Part shown: in pieces, positions 41,601 to 50,973 of the stretch
Layout of the letters: each line of letters begins with the position of its first letter
How positions within the stretch are numbered: the first letter of the stretch is position 1
Assembly: GCA_963555825.3 (NCBI GenBank)
Contig: CAUVXB020000002.1
Location: forward strand, 1,312,001-1,376,000
From: Alphaproteobacteria bacterium
Lineage (GTDB): Bacteria > Pseudomonadota > Alphaproteobacteria > JAAXGF01
Length of the DNA stretch: 64,000 nt
Direction: 5' to 3'
Translations under genes and position numbers: made by a program
The notes under the pieces: generated by a model
What the model was told of the DNA's origin: nothing
Seen by the model: only the letters and a program-made list of their open reading frames with translations
Databases searched by the model: none

Positions 41601-42121
41601 GCGCTCAGCGTCGCCCAGGCGGCGAACTGCTTGGCGGCATCGAGCGCGGCGGCGTTGGCATCCTCGTCCTCGAGCCAGGCCATCACCGCCTCGGCGAAGG
41701 CGAGTTCGTCGAACGACGTGTCGAGATGTTCGGCGAGCGCGGCCTCGAGCGCGTCGCCGTCGAGCGCGTCGGCCGCCTCGGCGCCGACGCCCTTGACCGC
41801 GCGGCGCTGGACGAACAAGCGCTTGCAACGATAGAGCGGCGCCAGCGCGTGGTGGTGCGCGACAAGGTCCGCGACCTCGTCGGCGATACCGAACAGCGCG
41901 CCGACGAAGTCGTCGAGATGCGGCGCCAGGTCGACCAGCAGCTGGGAATGGTCCTTGCGCTCGAGCGCGTCGGGCGCGACCCGCGCGGCGTCGAGGCGCG
42001 CCGCCAGATCGCCATCGGCGGCCGCCAGATGGTCGCGGAACAGCGCGTCGACGCGGACGAGGCCGTCACGCGCGTAGAGGTCACGGAATGCCAGCCCGTG
42101 CGCCAGATCAAACTCGCTCAT
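38618..42121 (-). CDS. Large FAD/Fe-S oxidoreductase: GltD/NfnB-like domain fused to a PyrK/NfnA-like domain
   Basis: CIFC..C..CP and ICNDCMKSC clusters; GLGPAG, GGGLTAID; C-terminal PGQF, GPTG, GGGLG, MQCMMKEICAQC..C. Confidence 0.85.
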   Translation of the reverse strand: MSEFDLAHGLAFRDLYARDGLVRVDALFRDHLAAADGDLAARLDAARVAPDALERKDHSQLLVDLAPHLDDFVGALFGIADEVADLVAHHHALAPLYRCKRLFVQRRAVKGVGAEAADALDGDALEAALAEHLDTSFDELAFAEAVMAWLEDEDANAAALDAAKQFAAWATLSAAGRARFADGVLFNTPGKLDPEHLIETETVEFHGAEMLRLPEAKLRRREGFALTDAGTDLIGALDHANYCIFCHNQGKDSCSTGLKDRDGIFRSSPFGVTLAGCPLEEKISEMNLAKSAGHVIGALAIVTVDNPMVAATGHRICNDCMKSCIYQKQDPVDIPQAETRTLKDVLGLRWGFEIYSLLTRWNPLDIARPLPLPATGRKVLVAGLGPAGFTLAHHLINDGHIVAAVDGFKIEPLPADLSGVDAAGNRVDFRPVRDVTELYESLDDRVMAGFGGVAEFGITVRWDKNFLKLVRLLIERRAEFAMFGGVRFGGTITIDDALAMGFDHVALAVGAGKPTVLPIPNGLARGVRAASDFLMALQLTGAAKTDSVANLQIRLPVVVIGGGLTAIDTATESLAYYPVQVEKFLARYETLAAERGDDAVRASWSDEEREIADEFIDHARALRGERAAAQAQGRAPRIRELLGDWGGSTIVYRKRLIDSPSYTLNHEEVAKALEEGVRFVECLSPLSVVVDGYGHAMALRLNRMQHVRDGSGWITGDTIETLPARSILAAAGTQPNTVLGREDPGHIQLDGRYFEAVDEDGRPVTPERIAKPDAVRVLTSVTEDGRAVSFFGDVHPSFAGNVVKAMASAKQGYPVVSRMLARIAPADDAPAEAFFARLNRDYRATVHEVVRLTPTIVDVVVHAPAAARAFTPGQFYRLQNYETLATRVDGTTLAMEGLAMTGAWVDKDRGLLSLIVLEMGGSSDLCALLAPGEPVIVMGPTGSPTETPAGETVVLVGGGLGNAVLFSIGRAFREAGSRVLYFAGYKKVEDRYKVAEIEAAADTIVWACDEAPGFAPSRDGDTSIVGTIVEAMVAYARGELGATPIDMSEADRIVTIGSDRMMAAVTRARHDVLEPYLKPDHVAIGSINSPMQCMMKEICAQCLQPHVDAETGEESVVFSCFNQDQPLDLVDFEALGARLGQNAVQEKLTAQWIDRCLRRIEVRPAAE

Positions 42122-42369
42122 GCCCGCTGTCCAGATGCCGCCGAGGATCGTCCTCCCGGGTTCATATAGCTCGCGTGCGGCGGCGCGACAAGTTCGTATG
42201 TATACAAACAATTAGACCGCGCGCTGGGCTGCCCTCGTATGGCCACATTCCTCGGCCAGATTCGGGCCAGGTGTGACGGCCGTCGCTTGACCTCGGACCC
42301 TGAATTGGGCGATTCTGCGCGCCACGCCGACGAAACGATCGCCCGATGGCGACAGAGGGACCTCTTATC

Positions 42370-42819
42370 ATGCGCATACTGTTGATCCTGACGTTCCTGT
42401 TCGCCGTGTCCGCGCCGCCGGTCCAGGCGCAGACCACCGACGTCATCGGCCAGGTGTTCAGCGCGGTCGAGAAGAAGGTAATCGAGGATTTCTTCGGTGA
42501 GCGAGCCGCCGATGCCATCTCGGGCACCAAGAAGGACAAGAAGGACAAGAAGGACAAAGGCAAAAAGAACAAGAATGCCAAGGACAAGGGCAAGAGCGGC
42601 GAGCTGCCGCCCGGCCTCGCCAAACACATCGAGAAGCACGGCAAGCTGCCGCCCGGCCTCGACAAGAAAGAACTGCCGCCCGGCCTCGCCAAGCGCCTGG
42701 GGTCGACCAGAAGCGGTCTCGAGCGGCTGATTGTCGGCGACGACGTGGTGCTCGTCGAGCAAGCGACCGGCGTCGTCCTCGACATCATCAAGGACATCGT
42801 CACCGGGGTCGACAGGTAG
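42370..42819 (+). CDS. Exported hypothetical protein with Lys-rich linker and 3x LPPGL(A/D)K motifs
   Basis: Signal peptide, (AAGGACAAG)n repeat, LPPGLAK repeats. Confidence 0.7.
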   Translation: MRILLILTFLFAVSAPPVQAQTTDVIGQVFSAVEKKVIEDFFGERAADAISGTKKDKKDKKDKGKKNKNAKDKGKSGELPPGLAKHIEKHGKLPPGLDKKELPPGLAKRLGSTRSGLERLIVGDDVVLVEQATGVVLDIIKDIVTGVDR

Positions 42820-42855
42820 TTGTTGTGAGGCAATCGCGACCGCGAATCGCCATAT

Positions 42856-43434
42856 TCAAGTGGATTTTGTTCTTGATCTCCAAGTATCCCAATCAACCTG
42901 CCCGTGCTCGTTAGCGATACTCAGAGCGTCTGGAGGGACACGATCGGTGAACACGACCAGGTTCCGGCATTCCCATCGAGCGCTCGGAGCGATGAGACCC
43001 TCGAAATCGAGAAAATGCGCTGCTTCTCCGATGTCTTGCAAACGCGGGTATTCTTCATGTTTACGGGCGTATTGGAGAGATCCGTACCTACCTCCATCCA
43101 CTCCAAGGACACGAAGCGCCGCTATGTCCGCCAACTCCAGGACCCGGTCGAGCTCGACACGTAGCTCGTAAAGGCGAAACACCATCCGGGATGGGAAGAC
43201 CGGTTGGCCACGCATGATGTGGAAGTATATCTCGGCAAGCGCGCCATCGGACTCGAGCGAGGTGTAAAGGACGTCGAACGTTCCGTCGTCCCATCGCCCG
43301 CCAGGCGACGATGCCTGCAGCGGATCACGATCACCGCGCACGACGCGCCAAACGGAACCCTCGAATTTCGTAGCAGTCGCCGCCTCGATCGCGTCGAGTA
43401 GCGTGTTGTCCCGTACCCTGCGGCGCTGGATCAT
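42856..43434 (-). CDS. RES-domain toxin (NAD+ phosphorylase family)
   Basis: VWRV, GGRW....VLYTSL....ALAE, GLIAPSAR..NLVVF. Confidence 0.88.
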   Translation of the reverse strand: MIQRRRVRDNTLLDAIEAATATKFEGSVWRVVRGDRDPLQASSPGGRWDDGTFDVLYTSLESDGALAEIYFHIMRGQPVFPSRMVFRLYELRVELDRVLELADIAALRVLGVDGGRYGSLQYARKHEEYPRLQDIGEAAHFLDFEGLIAPSARWECRNLVVFTDRVPPDALSIANEHGQVDWDTWRSRTKST

Positions 43435-43438
43435 CTAC

Positions 43439-43777
43439 TCAGAGGTACGCGCCGGAGTCCAGCCGTTCGAGCACGTCGAGAATCTCCTCGGACCGTCCGT
43501 CGTTGATGACATCGATCGGTCGCTCGCCGCCGAGCTGTGGATGCCGCGCGAAGAGCCACAATCGAATCTCCTCCGACGTGTAATAATCGCGTAAACGCCC
43601 GACGATGTAATGAAGATCGGACAGAACGAGCTGCGTCCGTGGATGAGGACTGAGCTTGCCCGTTGACCAACGTGAAACCGTCGCGGTCGACACGTCCGCG
43701 ATGTTCGCGATGTCGGTGCCCTTCAGACCACCCTCTTCGCGCAGCTCGTCGATGTATCTCGCGACAGCTCCCACCAT
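43439..43777 (-). CDS. Xre/MbcA/ParS-type antitoxin (HTH + DUF2384)
   Basis: N-terminal HTH (DIANIADVSTATVSRW); C-terminal WL...HPQLGGERPID. Confidence 0.88.
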   Translation of the reverse strand: MVGAVARYIDELREEGGLKGTDIANIADVSTATVSRWSTGKLSPHPRTQLVLSDLHYIVGRLRDYYTSEEIRLWLFARHPQLGGERPIDVINDGRSEEILDVLERLDSGAYL

Positions 43778-43782
43778 CTCGA

Positions 43783-45088
43783 TTACGTGCCTCCCCGGCT
43801 ATCGTCCACGGCGTCGACATTACCACGCATCGCGGCCGGTGCGCGGGCGGCGCCGTCGCCGAGCGCCCGATAGAGGTTTTCGAGCACCAATCGTTTCTTC
43901 TCGGTGCGAAGGCTGTGTTCGACCAGTCTTTTTGTTAGTTCGTCATCTCCAGTTTTGAGTTCCTTTACCTGACGCGCCAGCCGATCGGACTGTGCCATAT
44001 CGGTATCGAGGAAATAGCGAATTCGGCTAAAATCCGGCACCTCTTCAAGCGCACGGATTCGGTTGAATCGCTGATTCAAGAAATGCGCCCGCCAGTTTTT
44101 GATCATGTCCTCAAGACCATGCAAACAGCAATTACGGTCGCCGCAAACCACCAGGCGATGGCCACCTCTAGCTTTCGCGAGCAGCTCTAGTTCTTTGATC
44201 TTGACGGACTTATCGAGACCGGGGATTGCAATGCGCGTACTGGCGCCGCCTACACGCCCGTCTGTGTTCATTTTCCTCGGTTTGTCCCATTGTCCGGCGG
44301 AGAACCGCTCATGCTCGCCGACGCCGAACGCGAGACAACTTGCCGCTCCAAAAGCAAGTACGGCTAGACCGGCCAATCCGCCGACGTTGTCTGCGATTAT
44401 CGGTTTTCCCAGGTTGTGCAGGCCTCTCAGGGCGGCAATGTAGCGTCGAATACGCGACGGAGTTGCATCCGAACCGAAACCAGAGGCTCTAACCCAAAGA
44501 AATTCAAATGGTAGATCATTGATTCCCGATAGGAACGCGCCGCGCGTCGCCTCGTCGTGCAGATGCGAGTATGTCGGTATCAAAGTGTAATCGACGGCTA
44601 TTCGTCTCCCGCCTTCACGGTCGAGTGCGTCTCGCAACGCAATGCATGAATTTCGGTCTACATTGAACCATTCGTCCTGATTGCCATTGCGCAGAAAACG
44701 TCCTGGCGAAAGAACCGCGTCGACACCGTGCTCGACGGCAAATCGAGCAATTTGGCCAATTACATCACTTCTGGCGTCAGCAGAAAAATGTTCCGGTCGC
44801 AACGGACCTCCATCACCCGCCGATGCCCAAGGTGCGGATTTCACCTTCCCATCAAAACATGCGAGGACCGAGAGTTCCGCCGCGTCGGTATCGAGAACGA
44901 TCTCCGTACGCGATGCCTTCAACGCAGTCATGAGCTCTTTTTGGAACTTCAGCATGGACGCGGCGACGACTACTCGGCGCGCCGGTACGCGTCCCTCATC
45001 ATGCAATGTCTCAAGAGGGCGATAGACTGGTACGGCCGATTCGCAAGTAAGGGGCAATCGGTTGGGACGGAACCTGAATGCTCGGCAT
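43783..45088 (-). CDS. Uncharacterised ~424-aa protein in the same operon as RES-Xre; possible frameshift near 45026
   Basis: Long lower-GC ORF ending 5 bp before the antitoxin; Cys/His cluster CGDRNCC..H. The ORF-track start (TTG at 45057) is weak; an ATG at 45088 lies in another frame. Confidence 0.7.
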
Positions 45089-45240
45089 TGGCAGGATTTT
45101 GGCGTTTATCAAGCTGCCCTAGCGTGGAATTAACGTTTTCATTGCATGAAGTGTATAATATGAAACATAAATGTCAACATCGAAATTCGCTCGCATCGAA
45201 CATTCGGCATCCAAACGTGCGAGCCTAAGCCATGAAAGAC

Positions 45241-45266
45241 AAGGGCCGCCCGGTGGGGCGGCCCTT
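45241..45266 (-). terminator. Hairpin downstream of the acyl-CoA dehydrogenase
   Basis: AAGGGCCGCCC..GGGCGGCCCTT. Confidence 0.6.
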
Positions 45267-45291
45267 AGTGGTTTGCGCGGTGTAACGCGAC

Positions 45292-46686
45292 TCAGTCGCC
45301 GGCGTCGGCCATGAGCTTCTCGGCGAGCGCCTTCTTGGCGTCGGCGTCGAGCTTCTTGATCTCGTTGTCGAGCACGCGCTGGTTCACGGAAGTGTTCCAA
45401 TAATCGAGCGAATCGAAGCCCAAGAGCGCCGACTTGCCGACGAACTGGCGCAGCACCTCGTTCGACGGGCCCATGACCCAGCCCGCCTTGGCGTCGCGCA
45501 GGTAGCGCTCGATGCCGAGGCCGGGCTTGTAGCCGGTGCCGCCGCAGGCGTGCAGCATCTTGTCCGAGACGTTGGCCACCGTTTTGGCGGCGGTGAACTT
45601 GAGCATCCACATCCAATGCAGCACGCTCGCGCGCGGCAGGTTGCCGACGTCGTCGGCATGGATCGACCAGTCGCAGCCGTTGGTCAGGTCGTCCATCGCC
45701 TTGGCCATCTGGTAGTTCATGGCGCGCGCGGCGTTGGTATCGATGATCGCCTCGCCGACGTAGTCCTGGATCGTCGGGTAGTCGCACACCCGCATGCCGA
45801 CGTCGACGTGCTTCTTGGCCGTGGTGTGACGCTTGGTGATGTCGATCATGCCGAGCGAGATGCCGTTCCAGCAGGCCGACGAGCACATCAGGAAGAACGG
45901 ATCGACCGCCTCGTCGTTCGACGACGCGCCGTCGCCGACCGGGCCGACCATGCGGTCGGCGGGGATGACGATGTTGTCGACCAACAGCGTCCCCGACTGG
46001 TTGCCGCGCAGCCCCATGCCGTCCCATTTGGCGGGCTCGGCCTTGACCTCGTCGCCCATGATCATGAAGCACGACAGGTTCGAATAATCGCCGTCGAAGT
46101 CGGGGCTGGTGGTCTGTACGATGTACCAGTCGGCGAAGCCGCCCGAGGTCGTCCACGACGACTTCTTGAGCACCTTCCAGCCGTCCTCGACACGCTCGGC
46201 GCCCGACGAGAAGGGATACCAGAAGTGGCCGCCGGTCTCGGGGTCGGAGTACGACAGCGTGCCGATGAAGACGTCCTTGTCGAGCCGCTTCATGACGTCC
46301 TGAATGGTCGGGTTGCCATGGGCGCGCAGCATGGCGGCGGCGACCGCGCCGATGTGCATGGTGTAGCACATCGCGGTCGAGGCGCAGCCGTAGCGCGCGA
46401 TGGTCTCGACCGCCATGGTGGCGCAGACATGGTTCTCGCCGAGGCCGCCCCATTCCTTGGGCACCAGAAGACCCATCAGGCCGAGCGAGGCGAGCGCCTC
46501 GAAGTTCTTGCGCGGGAAGATCAGCTTCTTGTCGCTCTCGACTGCGTTGTCGCGGAGCGTGGTCTGGCAGAGCTTGATCAGTTTGGCCTGCAGCTCCTGC
46601 TGCGCCGGGGTGAGCAGCCACTGCGGATCGTATTCGAACCCCAGCCCCCAGAACTCCTCGGACCCCCACATCTTGGTATCAGTCAT
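45292..46686 (-). CDS. Acyl-CoA dehydrogenase family protein
   Basis: LLVPKEWGGLG, SYSDPETG, WDGMGLRGNQS, GGTGY...IERYLRDA. Confidence 0.88.
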   Translation of the reverse strand: MTDTKMWGSEEFWGLGFEYDPQWLLTPAQQELQAKLIKLCQTTLRDNAVESDKKLIFPRKNFEALASLGLMGLLVPKEWGGLGENHVCATMAVETIARYGCASTAMCYTMHIGAVAAAMLRAHGNPTIQDVMKRLDKDVFIGTLSYSDPETGGHFWYPFSSGAERVEDGWKVLKKSSWTTSGGFADWYIVQTTSPDFDGDYSNLSCFMIMGDEVKAEPAKWDGMGLRGNQSGTLLVDNIVIPADRMVGPVGDGASSNDEAVDPFFLMCSSACWNGISLGMIDITKRHTTAKKHVDVGMRVCDYPTIQDYVGEAIIDTNAARAMNYQMAKAMDDLTNGCDWSIHADDVGNLPRASVLHWMWMLKFTAAKTVANVSDKMLHACGGTGYKPGLGIERYLRDAKAGWVMGPSNEVLRQFVGKSALLGFDSLDYWNTSVNQRVLDNEIKKLDADAKKALAEKLMADAGD

Positions 46687-46926
46687 GGTCTCCCCTGAAT
46701 CTGCTTGTTCTGGCCGCCGATCGGCGGCGTTGTCTCAAGGGCGGGATGTTAGAGCATGCCAAAGGACCGGAGCAAGCGCGTCGCCATCTTCCCAGAGTCC
46801 GCTTGACAGCCTCCGTGCCAGCCGATATCCGTTGAAGCAATGAAAATCGACCGCGCGTAACGCGGCCGCCCGCTTATCCGCGCCAAGCCGCGGGGAGCGG
46901 ATCATCGGACCAGGGAGGGAACCGAT

Positions 46927-48201
46927 ATGACGACACGACTGAGCCGCAGGAAATTCATCGCCACGACCGCCGCCGGCGTCGCCGCGGCGAGCGTCGCGCC
47001 GAAGCCCGGCTTCGGCGCCAAGACGGTCAAGATCGGCTTCAACGCGCCGCTGACCGGCGAGGTCGCGGCCTGGGGCCTGCCCGGCCTCAACGGCTGCGAG
47101 ATCTGGGCCGAGCAGGTCAACGCGGCGGGCGGCGTCGACATCGGCGGCGAGGCGCATATGGTCGAGCTGGTGCCGTTCGACAACGAATACCTCAGCGACA
47201 AGGCGCTGCAAGGCGCCAAGAAGCAGGTGCTCGAGGACGACGTCAAGATCATCCTCATGCTGGGCGGCACCGACGCCGCCGGCGCGGTGCCCTGGCTGAC
47301 GCGCAAGAAAATTCTGTCGACGACGCTGTTGCCTTCCGACCTGTCGCCCGAAACCAAGTATCACCTGGCGCCCTGCGAGGTGCACCCGATCTACAACGTG
47401 ACCGGCGTCGAGTGGCTCGCCGAGAACAACCCCAACCTCAAGACCGCGGCGATCTGCGCCCAGGACGACGAGCTCGGCCGGCCCTCGGTGGCGACCTACC
47501 GCGCGGCCTTCGAAGCGGCCGGCATCGACGTCGTCTACGACAAGTTCTTCGGCATCGACACCGCCGACTTCGCGCCGATCGTCACCGCGATGCTGGCGAC
47601 CAAGCCCGACATCCTGTGCCTCGATACGGCTTACGCCGACTTCGTCAACCTGATCACCGAACAGGCCTTCCTGCAGGGCTTCAAGGGGCAGATCATCTCC
47701 TGCACCTTCGATTTCTATCCGCAGGTCATCGAGAAGACGAGCGCGGAATTCTGCGAGGGCTTCGTCTTCCAGTTCCCCGATTTCGACGACGCCGCGCTCA
47801 ACGATCCCAAGATCACCTTCAAGAACCCCGGCGCATTCTTCAAGACCTACAGCGAGCGCTATCCGGGCACCTGGTCGGCGGTCTCGTGGGAATACGTCTC
47901 GATCCTCGATCTGTGGAAGATCGCCGCCGAGACGGCGGGCAGCGTCGAGCCGCTGGACGTCCTCGCGGCGATGAAGCAAGACGGCACCGGCGACCACGCG
48001 TTCGGCAAGTCCAACTGGTGGGGCAAGGAGCTGTTCGGCGTCGACAACGCGTTGGTCGGCGACTGGCCGGTCGTGCAGATCCAGAACGGCAAGGCCAAGA
48101 TCGTCGCGTTCAAGAGCATCCCGGCGTGGTGGGACAAGAACAAGGACATCATGATCAAGCACTTCGAGGCGCTCGGCGAGATGTGGTACCAGCGCAGCTA
48201 G
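46927..48201 (+). CDS. Liv-type ABC substrate-binding protein with Tat signal
   Basis: LSRRKFI twin-arginine motif; VKIG..APLTG..A.WG. Confidence 0.88.
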   Translation: MTTRLSRRKFIATTAAGVAAASVAPKPGFGAKTVKIGFNAPLTGEVAAWGLPGLNGCEIWAEQVNAAGGVDIGGEAHMVELVPFDNEYLSDKALQGAKKQVLEDDVKIILMLGGTDAAGAVPWLTRKKILSTTLLPSDLSPETKYHLAPCEVHPIYNVTGVEWLAENNPNLKTAAICAQDDELGRPSVATYRAAFEAAGIDVVYDKFFGIDTADFAPIVTAMLATKPDILCLDTAYADFVNLITEQAFLQGFKGQIISCTFDFYPQVIEKTSAEFCEGFVFQFPDFDDAALNDPKITFKNPGAFFKTYSERYPGTWSAVSWEYVSILDLWKIAAETAGSVEPLDVLAAMKQDGTGDHAFGKSNWWGKELFGVDNALVGDWPVVQIQNGKAKIVAFKSIPAWWDKNKDIMIKHFEALGEMWYQRS

Positions 48202-48251
48202 CCCTGAGGGCCGGCGTCCGAGCCTGGTCCGTCTCGAGCGTCGAAATGACG

Positions 48252-48284
48252 AGAACCGGGGCGCCGCGCGCTCCGGTTCTTTTC
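48252..48284 (+). terminator. Hairpin / intrinsic terminator after the SBP gene
   Basis: AGAACCGGGGCGC..GCGCTCCGGTTCT TTT. Confidence 0.6.
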
Positions 48285-48305
48285 ATATAATGCGGTGACA
48301 AAAAC

Positions 48306-49184
48306 GTGTCCGATCTCGTTTTACAGACCATCGCCAACGCGCTCGTCGCGAGCAGCTTCGCCGCCGTCATGGCGGTCGGGCTGGTGCTGATCTTCGGCGT
48401 CATGAAGGTCATCAACTTCGCCCATGGCGAGCTCTACATGGTCGGCGCCTATTCGGTCTGGTATCTCTACGCGACGCAGGACTGGCCGTTCCTCGTCGCG
48501 GTCGCCGCCGCGATCATCCTGGTCGCGGTGATTGGCATGATGATGGAACGCGCCCTGTTCCGGCCGATGCGCGGCAACCCGCTGGGCGGGCTGATCATGT
48601 CGGTCGGCGCGCTGTTCATCCTCCAGGTGCTGGCCGCCGACTTGTTCGGCGTCGGCCTGATGAAGCACATCCCGCCGGCCTATCCGGGCACCGTCGAGCC
48701 GTTCGGCATGGCGGGCGTCGCGGTGCCCTGGCAGCGCATCGTGGTGATCGCCGCCGCGCCGCTCATCCTTGGCGGGCTGTGGTTGTTCCTGCACCGCACG
48801 CGGACCGGCTGGGCGTTGCGCGCCTGCGCCCAGGACCCCGAGACCGCCGCGCTGCAGGGCATCGGCATCGACAAGACCTCGCTGTTGGCGATGGCGATCG
48901 GCGGCGGGCTGGCGGGCGCCGCGGGTGGCATCATGTCGCCCTTGGTGCAGGTCGATCCCTATATGGGCCACGGCGCCATCATCACCGCCTTCATCGTCAT
49001 CATCGTCGGCGGCATCGGCAGTCTCGAGGGCGCCGTCATCGCGGCCTTCGTCTACATGTTCTTCCACACCTTCGTGACGACCTATTTCGACGGCACCATC
49101 GCCAGCATCCTCGGGCTGGTACTGATGCTGCTCGTGCTCGTGATCCGGCCCCAGGGCCTCTTGGGCACGCGCGAGAAGGTCTGA
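48306..49184 (+). CDS. Branched-chain amino acid ABC permease (LivH-like)
   Basis: GLVLIFGVMKVINFAHGE, VGGIGS..GA, RPQGLLG. Confidence 0.9.
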   Translation: MSDLVLQTIANALVASSFAAVMAVGLVLIFGVMKVINFAHGELYMVGAYSVWYLYATQDWPFLVAVAAAIILVAVIGMMMERALFRPMRGNPLGGLIMSVGALFILQVLAADLFGVGLMKHIPPAYPGTVEPFGMAGVAVPWQRIVVIAAAPLILGGLWLFLHRTRTGWALRACAQDPETAALQGIGIDKTSLLAMAIGGGLAGAAGGIMSPLVQVDPYMGHGAIITAFIVIIVGGIGSLEGAVIAAFVYMFFHTFVTTYFDGTIASILGLVLMLLVLVIRPQGLLGTREKV

Positions 49185-50176
49185 TGGGCAGCCTCGATGC
49201 CAGGCTCGTCAGAACCGCCGGCGTCGTCGCGCTGATCGCCCTGATGATCGCGCTGCCCTTCTTGGTCAGGCCCTACCTGCACAGCGTGCTGATCGGGCTC
49301 CTGGTCAACGTCATCGTCGTCGTCAGCTACCGGCTGATCACGACGACCGGCGAATGGTCGCTCGGCCATGTCGTCATGATGGGCGTCGGCGGCTACGCCA
49401 GCGCGCTGCTGATGAAGCAGTTCGGCTGGACGTTTTGGGCCAGCGTGCCGGCGGGTGGGGCGATCTCGGCGCTGATGGCTTATCTGTTGAGCTTCCCGCT
49501 GTTCCGCATGAAGGGCTTCTACTTCCTGATCGGCTCGTTCGCGGCGGGCGAGGCGATCCGACTGACCTGGCAGCGTTTCCGCGACCCGTTCGGCGGCGCC
49601 GGCGGCCTGAACAACCTGTTCCCGCCGCTCCTCGAGGTGCCCGGCCTCGGCGAGATCGACCTGCTCGAAGACATCCCCTATTACCAGCTCACCCTGGCGG
49701 TCACCGTGGTCTCGCTCTTGCTCATGTACCGGCTCGAGCGCTCGCGCGTCGGGCTGACGCTGCACGCCATCCACTGGCAGGACGCGCTCGCCGAATCGGT
49801 CGGCGTCGACACCCGGCACTACCGCACGCTCGCCTTTGTTACCGCGTCGTTCTTCGCCGGCATCGCGGGCGCCCTCTTGGCCCATCACCTGGGCACCATC
49901 AACCCCAACCAGTTCTCGCTCTCGATCATGCTCTACGTGCTGGTCTGGGTCATCGTCGGCGGCGCCGCGAGCTTCGCCGGGCCGATCATCGGGGTCGCCG
50001 TGCTGACCATCGTCGACACGTCGCTGCGCGGCCTGCCGGCGGTCGGCGAACACCGCCCGCTGATCTATGGCTTCATCCTGATTTTCACCATGCTTTTCCT
50101 GCCCGACGGCCTCGAGACGCTGCCCGCCAAGCTCAAGGGCTGGCTCCTGCGGCTGCGCCGTGGCGCGGCCTCCTAA
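49184..50176 (+). CDS. Branched-chain amino acid ABC permease (LivM-like)
   Basis: SLGH, GFYF, FGGAGG, AESVGVD, VGG..S..GP..G, FLPDGL. Confidence 0.9.
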   Translation: MGSLDARLVRTAGVVALIALMIALPFLVRPYLHSVLIGLLVNVIVVVSYRLITTTGEWSLGHVVMMGVGGYASALLMKQFGWTFWASVPAGGAISALMAYLLSFPLFRMKGFYFLIGSFAAGEAIRLTWQRFRDPFGGAGGLNNLFPPLLEVPGLGEIDLLEDIPYYQLTLAVTVVSLLLMYRLERSRVGLTLHAIHWQDALAESVGVDTRHYRTLAFVTASFFAGIAGALLAHHLGTINPNQFSLSIMLYVLVWVIVGGAASFAGPIIGVAVLTIVDTSLRGLPAVGEHRPLIYGFILIFTMLFLPDGLETLPAKLKGWLLRLRRGAAS

Positions 50177-50187
50177 GGGGAAGCCCC

Positions 50188-50973
50188 ATGGCCGGCGAGG
50201 ACAAGCTCTACGACCGCTACGACGACTCGGTGGTGATCGTTTCCGAGCTGATCTTCGGCGCCGGCCACATGTCGCCCGGCGGGCCCGAGAGCGTGCGCGC
50301 GATCGTCGAAGGCCTCGATCTCGCCGGCAAGACCGTGCTCGACATCGTCTGCGCGATCGGCGGCATCGACGTCCAGCTCGCCTCCGAGTTCGACTGCCGC
50401 GTCGTCGGCGTCGACATCGAGCCCGGATTGGTCGACATCGGGCGCAAGCGCATCGAGGCCGCCGGCCTCGCCGACCGGGTCGATCTGCGCCTCGTCGAGC
50501 CCGGCCCGCTGCCCTTCGACGACGCCGCCTTCGATGTCGTCTTCGGCAAGGACAGCTGGCTCCTGATCGACGACAAGCCGGCCTTATTCGCCGAGCTGCA
50601 CCGCGTTCTCAGGCCCGGCGGCAGCATCGCGGCGAGCGAATGGATGGGCGACGGCGCCCCGCCCAGCGCCGACATGGAAGCCTATTTCGAACTGCGCGGC
50701 ATGGCCTATCACCTCGAGACGGCTGGATCCTACGATGCCATGCTGCGCGCGGCCGGCTTCACGGACATTACGGTTGCCGACACCTCGGACGTGCGCCGCG
50801 GCCAGCCGCGCGCGTGTTGCGACGCCATGGCGGGGCGCCTGCGCGGGCCGATGATCGCGGCGATCGGCGCGGCCCGGCACGAAGGCTTCCTGACCCAGTG
50901 GCGCGCGCTCGCCGGTCTGTTCGAGTCCGGCGAGCTGCGCGCCGGCCACCTACGCGGGGCGAAACCAAATTAG
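50188..50973 (+). CDS. Class I SAM-dependent methyltransferase (N-methyltransferase-like)
   Basis: MSPGG, VLDIVCAIGG, VVGVD, LPF....FDVV, RVLRPGG. Confidence 0.8.
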   Translation: MAGEDKLYDRYDDSVVIVSELIFGAGHMSPGGPESVRAIVEGLDLAGKTVLDIVCAIGGIDVQLASEFDCRVVGVDIEPGLVDIGRKRIEAAGLADRVDLRLVEPGPLPFDDAAFDVVFGKDSWLLIDDKPALFAELHRVLRPGGSIAASEWMGDGAPPSADMEAYFELRGMAYHLETAGSYDAMLRAAGFTDITVADTSDVRRGQPRACCDAMAGRLRGPMIAAIGAARHEGFLTQWRALAGLFESGELRAGHLRGAKPN

